Positions 30,137 to 40,119 of a stretch of 64,000 nucleotides of DNA are shown here, piece by piece. The stretch comes from Betaproteobacteria bacterium (GTDB lineage Bacteria > Pseudomonadota > Gammaproteobacteria > Burkholderiales > SG8-39): positions 808-64,807 of the forward strand of contig SHXR01000012.1 in the NCBI GenBank assembly GCA_009693235.1, written 5' to 3'. A program made the position numbers and the translations under genes. Under the pieces are notes generated by a model that was not told the origin of the DNA, ran no database searches, and saw only the letters and a program-made list of their open reading frames with translations. The stretch's first letter is position 1. Every line of letters begins with the position of its first letter.

Positions 30137-31330
30137 ATGCCCCACATTCCCGCTTCCCCAGCGCTTTCCCGCTTCCTGATCCTCGATCTCACGCGCGTGC
30201 GTGCCGGTCCGACTTGCGTGCGCCAGTTCGCCGACTTCGGCGCGAACGTCATCAAGATCGAATCGCCGCCCGGCGTCGATCCTAACGAAGGGATGGGCGG
30301 AGATCGCAACGGCCCCGACTTCCAGAATCTGCATCGCAACAAGCGTTCGATGACACTCAATCTGAAGACGTCTGAGGGCCTGGCAATCTTCATGAAGCTG
30401 GTGCAACGCGCCGATGTGGTCGTCGAGAATTATCGAGCCGATGTGAAGTTCCGGTTGGGCATCGATTACGAGTCACTGGCGAAAGTGAATCCGCGCATCA
30501 TCCTTGGCAGCATTTCGGGCTTCGGACAAACCGGGCCCTATGCGGATCGCCCAGGCTTCGATCAGATCGCCCAAGGCATGGGCGGTTTCATGTCGGTCAC
30601 CGGCTTCCCGGGGCAAGGTCCGGTGCGCGCCGGCACCGCGATCGCCGATTTGAGCGCCGGGCTCTGGTGCGCGCTTGGCATCATGACGGCTCTGCTTGAG
30701 CGCGAGGTGTCCGGCAAAGGCCAGTGGGTGCAATCGAATCTGTTGCAATCACAGATCGCGCTAATGGATTTCCAGGCGGCGCGCTATCTGATGACAGGCG
30801 AAATTCCGCCGCAAGTCGGCAACGATCATCCAACCAGCATGCCGACCTCGGCCTACAAGACCAAGGATGGCTATCTCAATATCGGCGCGTCCGGTGAAGG
30901 GATGTTCAGGCGCCTTGGCGCCGCGTTCAATCGCCCGGACATGTTGGAACGCGCGGAATTCAAGGGCGACAAGAATCGCGCGAAGAACCGCGGTCTCCTG
31001 AACGATGAGATCAACAAGGTCACCGCGACGAAGACCACCGCCGAGTGGGTGGAAACCCTGAACAAAGCAGGCGTCCCAAGCGGCCCGATCAACACCATGG
31101 ATCAAGTGTTCGCCGACCCGCAGGTGCAGCATCTCGAAGCCGCTGCGACCGTCAAGCATCCGAAGCTGGGCAATATTCGCTTGGTTAATCAGGCAGTCAA
31201 ACTTTCCCGCACTAAATCAAGCATGGCGAGCGCATCACCCGCGCTTGGCGAGCACACCGAAGAGGTGCTCGCCGAATTGGGTTTTGGCGCCACCGATTTC
31301 GATCGTTTCCGCAACCAGAAGGTCATTTGA
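30137..31330 (+). CDS. Family III CoA transferase (CaiB/BaiF)
   Basis: LDLTRVRAGP, HRNKRS.TLNLK, DVVVENYR, GFGQTGPY, PALGEHT. Confidence 0.95.
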   Translation: MPHIPASPALSRFLILDLTRVRAGPTCVRQFADFGANVIKIESPPGVDPNEGMGGDRNGPDFQNLHRNKRSMTLNLKTSEGLAIFMKLVQRADVVVENYRADVKFRLGIDYESLAKVNPRIILGSISGFGQTGPYADRPGFDQIAQGMGGFMSVTGFPGQGPVRAGTAIADLSAGLWCALGIMTALLEREVSGKGQWVQSNLLQSQIALMDFQAARYLMTGEIPPQVGNDHPTSMPTSAYKTKDGYLNIGASGEGMFRRLGAAFNRPDMLERAEFKGDKNRAKNRGLLNDEINKVTATKTTAEWVETLNKAGVPSGPINTMDQVFADPQVQHLEAAATVKHPKLGNIRLVNQAVKLSRTKSSMASASPALGEHTEEVLAELGFGATDFDRFRNQKVI

Positions 31331-32130
31331 TGAACGCACCGGTACAACCAGGCAGGATCCTTTCCAAAAAAGAAAACGGCATCGGCTGGATCATTTTTTC
31401 CAACCTTGCAAAACACAATGCCGTCAGCCTCGATATGTGGCAGTCGGTGCCCTCGCTCATGCAGACCTACGAGGCCGATCCCGAAGTCCGTGCGATCGTC
31501 ATCACCGGCGACGGTGAGAAGGCCTTCATTTCGGGCGCCGATATTTCGCAATTCGACAAGGTGCGCGGCTCTGCCGATGCGCAGGCGGTCTATAACACGG
31601 CGGTCGACAAGGGTTACGAATCGCCGGTGTTGTGTGCCAAACCCGTTATCGCGAAGATCCGTGGGTTCTGCATGGGTGGCGGACTAGGGCTTGCAGCGGC
31701 CTGTGATGTTCGCCTGTGCGCAGAAGACGCTGTGTTTCGCATGCCGGCCGCGCGGCTTGGGCTGGGCTACAACTACTCGGGCATGAAGCGCTTCGTCGGC
31801 ATCATCGGCTCGGCCAACACCGCCGACATCTTCTTCACCGCGCGCAAATTCGGTGCCGCCGATGCGCTCTCGATGGGGTTTGCCACGCACGTCTACCCGG
31901 TGGCCGATTTTGATGCGCGGGTGAACGAGTATCTGGCGATGGTGTCCGAGAATGCCCCGCTTACGCTTGCTGCCGCCAAATACACGATTCGACAGATCGC
32001 CACCGACGCAGCCGAGCGCGACATGGCCGGTCTCAAGGCGCGCATCGCAAAATGCTTCGATAGCGATGATTACAAAGAAGGTCGCAAGGCCTTCATGGAA
32101 AAGCGCTCGCCCCAATTCAAAGGAAGCTAG
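31330..32130 (+). CDS. Enoyl-CoA hydratase (crotonase family)
   Basis: AFISGADI, CMGGGLG, MPAARLG, D.KEG..AF.EKR.PQFKG. Confidence 0.92.
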   Translation: MNAPVQPGRILSKKENGIGWIIFSNLAKHNAVSLDMWQSVPSLMQTYEADPEVRAIVITGDGEKAFISGADISQFDKVRGSADAQAVYNTAVDKGYESPVLCAKPVIAKIRGFCMGGGLGLAAACDVRLCAEDAVFRMPAARLGLGYNYSGMKRFVGIIGSANTADIFFTARKFGAADALSMGFATHVYPVADFDARVNEYLAMVSENAPLTLAAAKYTIRQIATDAAERDMAGLKARIAKCFDSDDYKEGRKAFMEKRSPQFKGS

Positions 32131-32171
32131 CCGAGCGCCGCGTGTCCGAGAAATCTTTGCGAGGAAGAGCC

Positions 32172-33164
32172 ATGCACGTCAATCGAATGTCGCCTTGGTT
32201 GAAGACATTGCACTCTGCAAGCCTTGCGTTGGTGCTTGTCGTGCCTGCTGGAATCGTGCATGCGCAAGTGTGGCCGGTGAAGCCGATCCGGCTGGTCATC
32301 GGCTACACGCCCGGTGGCGCGGCCGAGGGCACGCTGCGCACCTTCTCGCAGAAGCTCGAGGCGATTCTCGGCCAGCAGCTCGTGGTCGAGTACAAGCCGG
32401 GCGCCGGAGCGACGATCGGCGCAGACTTTGCGTCGAAGTCCGCGCCCGACGGATATACGCTGCATCTCATCGACAATGGTCCGCTCACGATCGTGCCGGC
32501 CGGCAAGAAGCTGGGCTACGACCCGCTCAAAAGCTTCACGTTTATCGGGTTGGTCAATGTCGGCGGTACCGTGCTGATGGGGCATCCGTCGGTGCAGGCC
32601 AACACGCTCGATGAGTTGTTGAAGATCGCGCGTGCCAAGCCCGGCTCGCTTTCCTACGGCACATCAGGCATCGGCGGCACGGGACATATGTCGGGCGAGT
32701 TGTTCAAGAGCGTGGCCAAGCTCGACGTCGTGCACATTCCCTACAAAGGTGGCGGTCCGGCCATGGCGGAATTATTGGGCGGGCAGATTCCGCTCTTGTT
32801 CTCATCATTGACGCCTGCGGTGCCCCACATCAAAGCGGGAAAGTTGCGGGCCTATGCGGTGACTTCGTTGGTGCGGTCCTCGGCTATTCCGGATGTGCCA
32901 ACCATTGCGGAGCTGGGCTATCCGGGGTTCGAGGCGGTTACTTACTTTGGTCTAGTCGGCCCCGCCGGCTTGCCGAAGGACATCGTCACCAAGACGAGCG
33001 ATGCATTGCTCTTGGTGCTCAAGGATAAAGAGGTCCAGGAAGCGATCAAGAAACAAGGCTATGAACCCATGCCGACCACGGGTGAGGTCATGGCGGAGCG
33101 GGTCCGCACCGATCTGGCGAAATGGACCAAGGTGATCAAGGATGTTGGGATCACGCTCGAATGA
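32172..33164 (+). CDS. Bug/TctC substrate-binding protein
   Basis: WPVKPIRLVIGYTPGG, PDGYTL, HIPYKGG, PDVPT. Start is uncertain (32142, 32172 or 32187). Confidence 0.92.
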   Translation: MHVNRMSPWLKTLHSASLALVLVVPAGIVHAQVWPVKPIRLVIGYTPGGAAEGTLRTFSQKLEAILGQQLVVEYKPGAGATIGADFASKSAPDGYTLHLIDNGPLTIVPAGKKLGYDPLKSFTFIGLVNVGGTVLMGHPSVQANTLDELLKIARAKPGSLSYGTSGIGGTGHMSGELFKSVAKLDVVHIPYKGGGPAMAELLGGQIPLLFSSLTPAVPHIKAGKLRAYAVTSLVRSSAIPDVPTIAELGYPGFEAVTYFGLVGPAGLPKDIVTKTSDALLLVLKDKEVQEAIKKQGYEPMPTTGEVMAERVRTDLAKWTKVIKDVGITLE

Positions 33165-33880
33165 CGCTGAATCGCCAAGTCTACGAGAAGCTGCAGACGG
33201 TCAGCACCGCAACGCTGACCACCCAGCTATTCAAGCGTGGCCTTCGCAACGTGTATCTGCAAGGGGTCCGGCGGATGTCGAAGCCCGGGCCGAATCTGGT
33301 TGGGCCCGCTTTCACGTTACGCAATATTCCGGCCCGCGAAGATCTTGATGTCATGTCGGTGTTCGAGAATCCGGAGCATCCGCAACGAAAAGCCATCGAG
33401 GTCACGCCGGCTGGTGCGGTGCTCGTGATCGATTGTCGTCGTGATACACGGGCGGCTTCGGCTGGCGACATCCTCATCAAACGGCTTGCGGTGCGCGGCG
33501 TTGCAGGCTTCGTTTCTGATGGCTGTGTGCGCGACAGCGAAGGCGTTGCAGCGCAGGCATTCCCCGTCTACTGCGCGGGTGGGTCGGCTCCGCTCAATTT
33601 GGCGATTCATCATGCCGTCGATATGAATGTGCCGATTGCATGCGGTGGTGTGCCGGTCTATCCGGGTGACATCGTTGTGGGGGATGCGGAAGGGATCGTG
33701 ATCGTGCCGTTCCACTTGGCCGAAGAGGTCGCCAATGATGCGGGCGAACAAGAAGTGTTGGAACAGTTCATCATTGGCGAGATTTCGAGTGGACGCGCCT
33801 TGCCGGGGACCTATCCCGCAAATGCTGAAACCCGAGCGCGTTTTGCGGCGTGGCGTGCTCTGCGTGCCAAAGCGCCTTGA
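33161..33880 (+). CDS. RraA-family / HMG-aldolase-like protein
   Basis: VSTATL, GPAFTLR, GDIL, DGCVRD, V.PGDIVVGDAEG.V. Confidence 0.88.
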   Translation: MTLNRQVYEKLQTVSTATLTTQLFKRGLRNVYLQGVRRMSKPGPNLVGPAFTLRNIPAREDLDVMSVFENPEHPQRKAIEVTPAGAVLVIDCRRDTRAASAGDILIKRLAVRGVAGFVSDGCVRDSEGVAAQAFPVYCAGGSAPLNLAIHHAVDMNVPIACGGVPVYPGDIVVGDAEGIVIVPFHLAEEVANDAGEQEVLEQFIIGEISSGRALPGTYPANAETRARFAAWRALRAKAP

Positions 33881-33946
33881 CCGATTCACCGCAACGTTCA
33901 ACACTCGTCCCCACTTTTTCCTAATACGGCGCCCAACACAGCGCGA

Positions 33947-34366
33947 TTGATCGGTTATCTCTGGGCCTCACCCAACACCCTGGTTGGCTTGCTCGGCGCG
34001 CTGGCGGCCTATGCCACCGGCGGGCGTGTGCGAGTTGTTGCCGGTGTGCTGGAGGTTGAAGGCGGCATTACCGCGCGCATGCTGGCGGCGATCCCGTTTC
34101 TCCCTTTGGGCGCGGCGGCCATCACGCTTGGCCATGTCGTGCTGGCGCAAAGCAAGATGTTTTCGGCGATGTTGCGTGTGCATGAGCGTGTCCACGTCTC
34201 GCAGTACGAAATTTTGGGACCGTTCTTCCTGCCCGCCTACTGCGCAAGCTCGCTGTGGGCATACACCACCGGGCGCGATCCGTATCGCGACAATGTGTTC
34301 GAGCGCGAAGCCTTCAACGAATCCGATGTGTTGATGTTCGCGGATACCATCGCCGAGCGGTGGTAG
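33947..34366 (+). CDS. Conserved hypothetical protein with HExxH motif
   Basis: YLWASPNT.GL, AITLGHV, HERVHV.QYE..GP.F, PY..N.FE.EA. Followed by a hairpin. Confidence 0.7.
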   Translation: MIGYLWASPNTLVGLLGALAAYATGGRVRVVAGVLEVEGGITARMLAAIPFLPLGAAAITLGHVVLAQSKMFSAMLRVHERVHVSQYEILGPFFLPAYCASSLWAYTTGRDPYRDNVFEREAFNESDVLMFADTIAERW

Positions 34367-34394
34367 GCGTCGGCGGCTTTCTTTACGCCGACGC
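34367..34394. terminator. Inverted repeat between convergent genes (probable bidirectional terminator)
   Basis: GCGTCGGCG-N10-CGCCGACGC, a perfect 9-bp stem just after the stop at 34366 and before the SDR stop at 34411. Confidence 0.6.
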
Positions 34395-34410
34395 TCCCTT
34401 CAGCGATCCC

Positions 34411-35160
34411 TTACGTGGCTGCCAAATTGAGCATGACGCCGGAAAGATGCGAAGCCCGGTCTGAACAGAGAAACGCTACCTGGTCGCCGACCTGAGCCGG
34501 ATCCTGGACCCGTGAGCTCTTCAATAGCTCTTCCCAGCGTGATTCGTCGCCGAACTTCTCTTTGGCGATCGTCTTGTTGAGCTGGATGATCCGGTCAGTC
34601 ATCGTGGCGCCGGGATGCAAGCCCAGCACTCGTACGCCATGTGCGATCGAGCCTTTGCCCACTGCTTTGGTGAAGGCATCAAGCGCTGCATTGCCGGCGG
34701 CACCGCAAACGTACTCGGCGGGAAACGTGACGCCAGCCATGCCGATGACATTGAAGATCACGCCTTTGCCGCGCGCCTGCATGCGGGCGAGGATTTCGCG
34801 CGTCATGTTCACATAGCCAAACACCTTGAGTTCCCAGGCGTGGCGCCATTTTTCTTCGTCGATCTTCTCGAGGGAGCCACCCGGGATGTCGCCTGCATTG
34901 TTCACCAGGATGTCGACATTCGCGCAGGCCGCCGCAAGTTTCTTGACCGTGCCCGGCACGCGCAGATCGGCAATATGGGTGTGAACGGTCACGCCATATT
35001 TCTTGGCGATGTCAGCCTTGTTCTTCTCCAGCAGATCCGCTGAGCGCGCAGCAATGTTGATCGTGCAGCCTTCGGCGGCAAACGAATTGGCGCAGGCAAG
35101 GCCTATGCCTTTGGAGGCGCCGGTAATGAGAACACTCTTGCCTTTGAGTCCTAAATCCAT
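34411..35160 (-). CDS. Short-chain dehydrogenase/reductase
   Basis: MDLGLKGKSVLITGASKGIG, LVNNAG. AGGAG RBS before ATG 35160. Confidence 0.92.
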   Translation of the reverse strand: MDLGLKGKSVLITGASKGIGLACANSFAAEGCTINIAARSADLLEKNKADIAKKYGVTVHTHIADLRVPGTVKKLAAACANVDILVNNAGDIPGGSLEKIDEEKWRHAWELKVFGYVNMTREILARMQARGKGVIFNVIGMAGVTFPAEYVCGAAGNAALDAFTKAVGKGSIAHGVRVLGLHPGATMTDRIIQLNKTIAKEKFGDESRWEELLKSSRVQDPAQVGDQVAFLCSDRASHLSGVMLNLAAT

Positions 35161-35382
35161 GACAAAACTCCTTGTGGGGTACGACGGGCAAAACACGGGT
35201 CGGATTGTAGCCCGCGCGCTTTTACCCGGTACTCGTCTCCAAATGTAACGGCGAGCTCGGGCGCAATGATTCGATACGGGTCGGCGTCAACAGGGATGAC
35301 CGCGCGATCGGTTTTGGCAGTGTACGGCGGCCCGACAGCGAGGATCCTTCGATTCTCCCGGACCGCGCGATGGAGAAGAATC

Positions 35383-35685
35383 ATGAACAAATTACTCGCG
35401 ATTGTGTTGACCGCATCGGCGCTTTTGATACCCCTTGCGTCCGAAGCTCGTACTCCGGAAGTTCGCATTGATTTTCCCTTGCCACCATTGTTGATCCCAA
35501 CCCCGATTGGCTTTGTCCATGCGCAACCTTTCCATGGGGCCGGCTACCACAATGGGTACTACGCACCGCGTGTGCATGGCGGCCACTTCTACCGGCACCA
35601 TGGGTACCATCGGGATCACGATTTTCACCATGGCGGCGATCGCGGCCGCGATAGGGGTGGTGACCAGCGCAGCCATCGTCGCTAA
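35383..35685 (+). CDS. Small secreted His/Gly/Arg-rich hypothetical protein
   Basis: GGAG RBS; signal peptide MNKLLAIVLTASALLIPLASEA; low-complexity His-rich C-terminus; hairpin downstream. Confidence 0.65.
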   Translation: MNKLLAIVLTASALLIPLASEARTPEVRIDFPLPPLLIPTPIGFVHAQPFHGAGYHNGYYAPRVHGGHFYRHHGYHRDHDFHHGGDRGRDRGGDQRSHRR

Positions 35686-35707
35686 ACGTCATCGCATACT
35701 GCTCCGC

Positions 35708-35737
35708 ATCGCCGGCAGGCCACCGCTTGCCGGCGAT
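35708..35737. terminator. Hairpin between convergent genes
   Basis: ATCGCCGGCAGG...CTTGCCGGCGAT, 12-bp stem with one G-T pair. Confidence 0.55.
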
Positions 35738-35816
35738 CCGTTCTCTCACATGAATCCCCTTGATCCCCGCCTGCTCCACGGATATGACAAGCCTTGTCGG
35801 CGGCAGGTGTTGGTCC

Positions 35817-37016
35817 CTACGCAGCCTTTTTCGTCGCCGTCGATGCCTTGTGCGCTTCGGTCAAGTACTGCATGGCAGCTTGCGCGCCGCCAGCGCGATG
35901 CGGAACGCCGGCGAGTTCCAGACCCATCTCCACGCCCGCCAGCGTACCCATCAGGGTGAGATCGTTGAAATCACCCAAATGCCCGATGCGAAACACTTTG
36001 CCTGCGATCTTGCCAAGGCCGGTACCGAGCGACATATCGAATGCGTCGAGAATGATTTTGCGCAGTCGGTCGGCGTCGTGGCCCGCCGGCATCATCACTG
36101 CAGTCAGTGCGTTGGAATATTCATCCGGGTTGGCGCAAAGAATCTCCAGGCCCCAGGCGCGGACCGCGCGTCGGGTCGCCTCGCCATGACGAGCATGGCG
36201 CGCAAACACATTGTTCATGCCTTCCTCGGCCAGCATTTTCAATGCTTCCGCCAGCCCGTAGAGAAGATTCGTCGCCGGCGTATACGGGAAGTACCCCGTC
36301 TTGTTCGAGGCCAGCATTTCTTCCCAGCCCCAATACGATTTGGGGAGTTTCGAGGTCTTGGCGGCGGCGATGGCCTTGTCGCTCACGCAGTTGAATGAAA
36401 GGCCAGGAGGCAACATCAAACCCTTCTGTGAGCCGGCGACCGTGACGTCCACGCCCCATTCGTCATGACGATAGTCAAGTGAGCCAAGCGACGAGATGGT
36501 ATCCACCATGAAGAGTGCCGGATGCCGCGCGGCGTCGATGGCTTTGCGGATCGCACCGATGCGGCTCGCGACGCCGGTGGACGTTTCATTGTGCACGACA
36601 CACACTGCTTTGATCGTATGAGCGGCGTCCTCCCGTAGCTTTGCTTCGATGGCTGCCGGGTCCGTGCCGCATCGCCAGTCAGTGCTGATGAGTTCGGTCA
36701 CCAAGCCAAGCTTGGTTGCCATGCGTTGCCAAAGGGTCGCGAACTGACCGGTCTCGACCATCAGCACCCGATCGCCCGCGGATAGCGTATTGACGAGGGC
36801 TGCTTCCCAGGCGCCCGTCCCGGAAGCTGGATAGATGATGACCGGCTGCTTGGTCTGAAACACGGATTTCAGGCCGCTCAGTATTTCAAGCCCCATCACG
36901 CCAAATTCAGGCCCCCGATGGTCCATGGTCGGACGATCAATAGCGCGCAATACACGGTCGGGCACGTTCGTTGGACCCGGGATTTGCAGAAAGTGTCGGC
37001 CGCTGTGATAGCTCAT
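35817..37016 (-). CDS. sgaA: Serine-glyoxylate / alanine-glyoxylate aminotransferase (class V)
   Basis: GRHFLQIPGPTNVP, SGTGAWEA, HNETSTG, DTISS, GSQKGLMLPPG (PLP lysine), FRIGHLG. Confidence 0.9.
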   Translation of the reverse strand: MSYHSGRHFLQIPGPTNVPDRVLRAIDRPTMDHRGPEFGVMGLEILSGLKSVFQTKQPVIIYPASGTGAWEAALVNTLSAGDRVLMVETGQFATLWQRMATKLGLVTELISTDWRCGTDPAAIEAKLREDAAHTIKAVCVVHNETSTGVASRIGAIRKAIDAARHPALFMVDTISSLGSLDYRHDEWGVDVTVAGSQKGLMLPPGLSFNCVSDKAIAAAKTSKLPKSYWGWEEMLASNKTGYFPYTPATNLLYGLAEALKMLAEEGMNNVFARHARHGEATRRAVRAWGLEILCANPDEYSNALTAVMMPAGHDADRLRKIILDAFDMSLGTGLGKIAGKVFRIGHLGDFNDLTLMGTLAGVEMGLELAGVPHRAGGAQAAMQYLTEAHKASTATKKAA

Positions 37017-37110
37017 TGAACATCCTTTCGATGGCGGTCGCGCAGTGCAGCGCACGGAAGAGACGCGGCCGACGGGTATCATAGCGGACTGCCCCGAAGC
37101 TACCATCGCA

Positions 37111-40098
37111 ATGAAGATCGAAGGCTCGCAAGCAATCGAACCGCCGCCGCAACGACAATTCACGGTGTCATTTCATCCGCGCGTCGGTGATTCCGCGCTG
37201 GCCGCCCGCCTGCGTCGCGAAGTGGATGGCGAGATCCTGTTCGATGCGCCGTCGCGCGGCCGCTACTCGACCGACGCGTCGATCTATCAGATCGACCCCG
37301 TCGGCGTGGTGATACCGCGATCTGAGGAAGCAGCGCGCATCGCGATGCAGATCGGTATCGAAGAAGGTGTGCCCGTCCTGCCGCGTGGCGCGGGTACCTC
37401 GCAGTGTGGCCAGACGGTCGGTGCGGCGCTGGTCATCGATAACTCGAAGTACCTCAATGCGGTGGTTGAACTGAACGTCGCAGAGCGCCGCTGCGTGGTG
37501 CAACCCGGCGTGGTGCTGGACACCTTGAACGCACAATTGCGCCCGCATGGACTGTGGTTTCCGGTCGACGTCTCGACGAGTGCGCAAGCGACGATTGGCG
37601 GCATGGCGGGCAACAATTCGTGCGGCTCGCGCTCGATTCGTTACGGCAACATGGTGCATAACGTCCACGCGATCGATGCCTGGCTCGCCGATGGCAGCGC
37701 GATGCGTTTTGGCCCGCACACGGAACTTTCCGCCGGGCCGGCCGCGTATCGTTCGATCATCGATAAGGTACATGCGATCGTCAGGCGCGAAGCTGACGAG
37801 ATCGCGCTTCGCTGGCCGAAAGTTTTGCGCCGTGTCCAGGGCTACAACATCGACATGGTGCAGCCGGATGGGCCGGCACATAATCTTGCGCATCTGTTGG
37901 TCGGTTCGGAAGGCACGCTCGCCTATTCGCGGCAAGTCCATCTGAATCTCTCGCCGTTACCGAAGGTGAAAACGCTTGGTGTGTGTCACTTCGCCTCGTT
38001 CTATCGCGCGATGCAAGCGCCTGAGCACATCGTGCAGCTCGATCCGGATGCAGTCGAGTTGGTCGATCGCACCATGTTGGAACTTGCGCGAGCCAATCCG
38101 GCGTTTCGCGCCATCGTTGATCGCTGTGTGAAGGGTGAACCGGAAGCGATCCTTCTCGTGGAATTCGCAGGCGACGATAGGGCGGCGCAGATCGCCAAAC
38201 TGAAGCGACTGGTCGAGCTGATGGGGGACCTGGGCCTGCCGGGCAGCGTGGTGGAAGTGACGGATGAAGGCGTGCAAAAGGCCCTCTGGGAAGTGCGTAA
38301 AGCCGGCTTGAACATCATGATGTCGATGAAAGGCGAGGGGAAACCCGTCTCGTTCATTGAAGACTGCGCCGTTCCGCTCGACCATCTCGCCGAGTACACG
38401 CGCCGTCTCACCGAGGTGTTCACCAAACACGGCACGCGCGGCACATGGTATGCGCATGCGTCGGTCGGCACCTTGCATGTGCGTCCGATTCTCAATATGA
38501 AAGAGGGTGGCGCGGGCCAATTGCGTGCCATTGCCGAAGAAGCGTGCGAACTCGTCCGTGAATACAAAGGCGCCTATTCCGGTGAACATGGTGATGGACT
38601 GGTGCGCTCGCAATGGATCGAACCCATCATCGGTGCGCGTCTGATGCGTGCGTTGGAAGAAATCAAAGACCTCTTCGATCCACGCGGACTGATGAATCCG
38701 GGCAAGATCGTGCGGGCCCCACGTCAAGACGATCGCACCTTGTATCGCTTCAAGCCGGGCTATCGTGCGCAGCCGATCACCACCGGGCTCGACTGGTCGG
38801 AATGGGATCAGGGCGATCGTACCGACGGCGCGGGTGGATTGGCCGCCGCCATCGAGATGTGCAACAACAATGGCCATTGCCGCAAGTTCGATGCGGGCAC
38901 CATGTGCCCGTCTTTTCGCGCCACGCAAGATGAGCAGCATCTCACACGCGGGCGGGCCAATACGCTGCGCTTGGCGGTATCGGGACAGCTTGGGCCGGGT
39001 GGCTTTACGAGCGATGCGGTGCGCGAGGCCATGGACCTTTGCGTGAGCTGTAAAGGCTGCAAGCGCGAATGCCCGACCGGCGTCGACATGGCGCGGATGA
39101 AAATAGAATTTCTGCATCAGGTTCATAAAGAGCAAAGCTATTCGCTCAAGGACACGTTGATCGCGTATCTGCCGCGCTATGCCCCGTGGGCGGCGAAGCT
39201 GTCATGGCTCCTCAATGCCACCGAGAATGTTCCGCTATTGGGGGGGCTATTCAAGCAAGCGCTGGGATTGGCGGCACAACGATCGTTGCCGCGCTGGCAG
39301 AGCGACACCTATCTTCAAACGCCGGCCCCCAGGGCAACCGGCAACTTAACCGGAGCAGAAGTAGTGTTGTTGGTCGACACTTTCACCAACTACTTTGAAC
39401 CGGAGAACGCCCGGGCCGCCGAACGTGTATTGCATGCGGCAGGCTATGTCGTCAAAGTCGTGCGCGCGGCAGCTGGCGATCGCCCGCTGTGTTGCGGGAG
39501 AACATTTCTGGCGACCGGAATGATTGATCAGGCACGCGCTGAGGCCAGCCGCATGGTCGCCGCGTTGGCGCCGTACGCAGAGCGCGGCGTTCCGATCATT
39601 GGGCTAGAACCATCGTGTCTGTTCACGTTGCGGGATGAGCTGCACGCCATGAAGTTAGGCGACAGGGTTGCGGCAATCGGCCGGTGCGCGGTGTTGTTCG
39701 AAGAGTTTCTCGCGCGCGAACAGAGCGCAGGCAAGCTCAAGCTCGTCTTGCAGCCGATTCGCGCCAAGCAGGCCTTGCTCCATGGGCATTGCCACCAGAA
39801 GGCGTTCGGAGTGATGTCGGCGGTCAAGCAGACCCTCGGTCTGGTTCCCGATTTGAAGGTGGAGACGATCCAGTCGAGCTGTTGCGGCATGGCGGGTGCC
39901 TTCGGCTATGAAGCCGCCCATTTCGAGGTGTCGATGAAGATGGCGGAAGCGTCGCTCCTGCCCGCGGTGCGCAAGGCCTCCTCTGACACATTGATCGTGG
40001 CCGACGGCACCAGCTGTCGGCATCAGATCAAGGACGGTGCCCAGCGCGATGCGGTGCATGTTGCGCGAGTCTTGGCTGAGGCGCTCGGCCCACAGTGA
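37111..40098 (+). CDS. FAD-linked oxidase / 4Fe-4S / CCG-domain 2-hydroxyacid dehydrogenase (YdiJ-like)
   Basis: YSTDASIY, PRGAGTS, GSEGTL, GEHGDG, CNNNGHC, CVSCKGCKRECP, HGHCHQ, CCGMAG, GTSC. Confidence 0.92.
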   Translation: MKIEGSQAIEPPPQRQFTVSFHPRVGDSALAARLRREVDGEILFDAPSRGRYSTDASIYQIDPVGVVIPRSEEAARIAMQIGIEEGVPVLPRGAGTSQCGQTVGAALVIDNSKYLNAVVELNVAERRCVVQPGVVLDTLNAQLRPHGLWFPVDVSTSAQATIGGMAGNNSCGSRSIRYGNMVHNVHAIDAWLADGSAMRFGPHTELSAGPAAYRSIIDKVHAIVRREADEIALRWPKVLRRVQGYNIDMVQPDGPAHNLAHLLVGSEGTLAYSRQVHLNLSPLPKVKTLGVCHFASFYRAMQAPEHIVQLDPDAVELVDRTMLELARANPAFRAIVDRCVKGEPEAILLVEFAGDDRAAQIAKLKRLVELMGDLGLPGSVVEVTDEGVQKALWEVRKAGLNIMMSMKGEGKPVSFIEDCAVPLDHLAEYTRRLTEVFTKHGTRGTWYAHASVGTLHVRPILNMKEGGAGQLRAIAEEACELVREYKGAYSGEHGDGLVRSQWIEPIIGARLMRALEEIKDLFDPRGLMNPGKIVRAPRQDDRTLYRFKPGYRAQPITTGLDWSEWDQGDRTDGAGGLAAAIEMCNNNGHCRKFDAGTMCPSFRATQDEQHLTRGRANTLRLAVSGQLGPGGFTSDAVREAMDLCVSCKGCKRECPTGVDMARMKIEFLHQVHKEQSYSLKDTLIAYLPRYAPWAAKLSWLLNATENVPLLGGLFKQALGLAAQRSLPRWQSDTYLQTPAPRATGNLTGAEVVLLVDTFTNYFEPENARAAERVLHAAGYVVKVVRAAAGDRPLCCGRTFLATGMIDQARAEASRMVAALAPYAERGVPIIGLEPSCLFTLRDELHAMKLGDRVAAIGRCAVLFEEFLAREQSAGKLKLVLQPIRAKQALLHGHCHQKAFGVMSAVKQTLGLVPDLKVETIQSSCCGMAGAFGYEAAHFEVSMKMAEASLLPAVRKASSDTLIVADGTSCRHQIKDGAQRDAVHVARVLAEALGPQ

Positions 40099-40119
40099 TT
40101 CGCAATCGTTGCCGCTGAC

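Noticed and set aside
37957-39135. 392-aa minus-strand ORF (similarly 10673..11782 and 56624..57763)
   Set aside because: Shadows of well-supported genes on the opposite strand.
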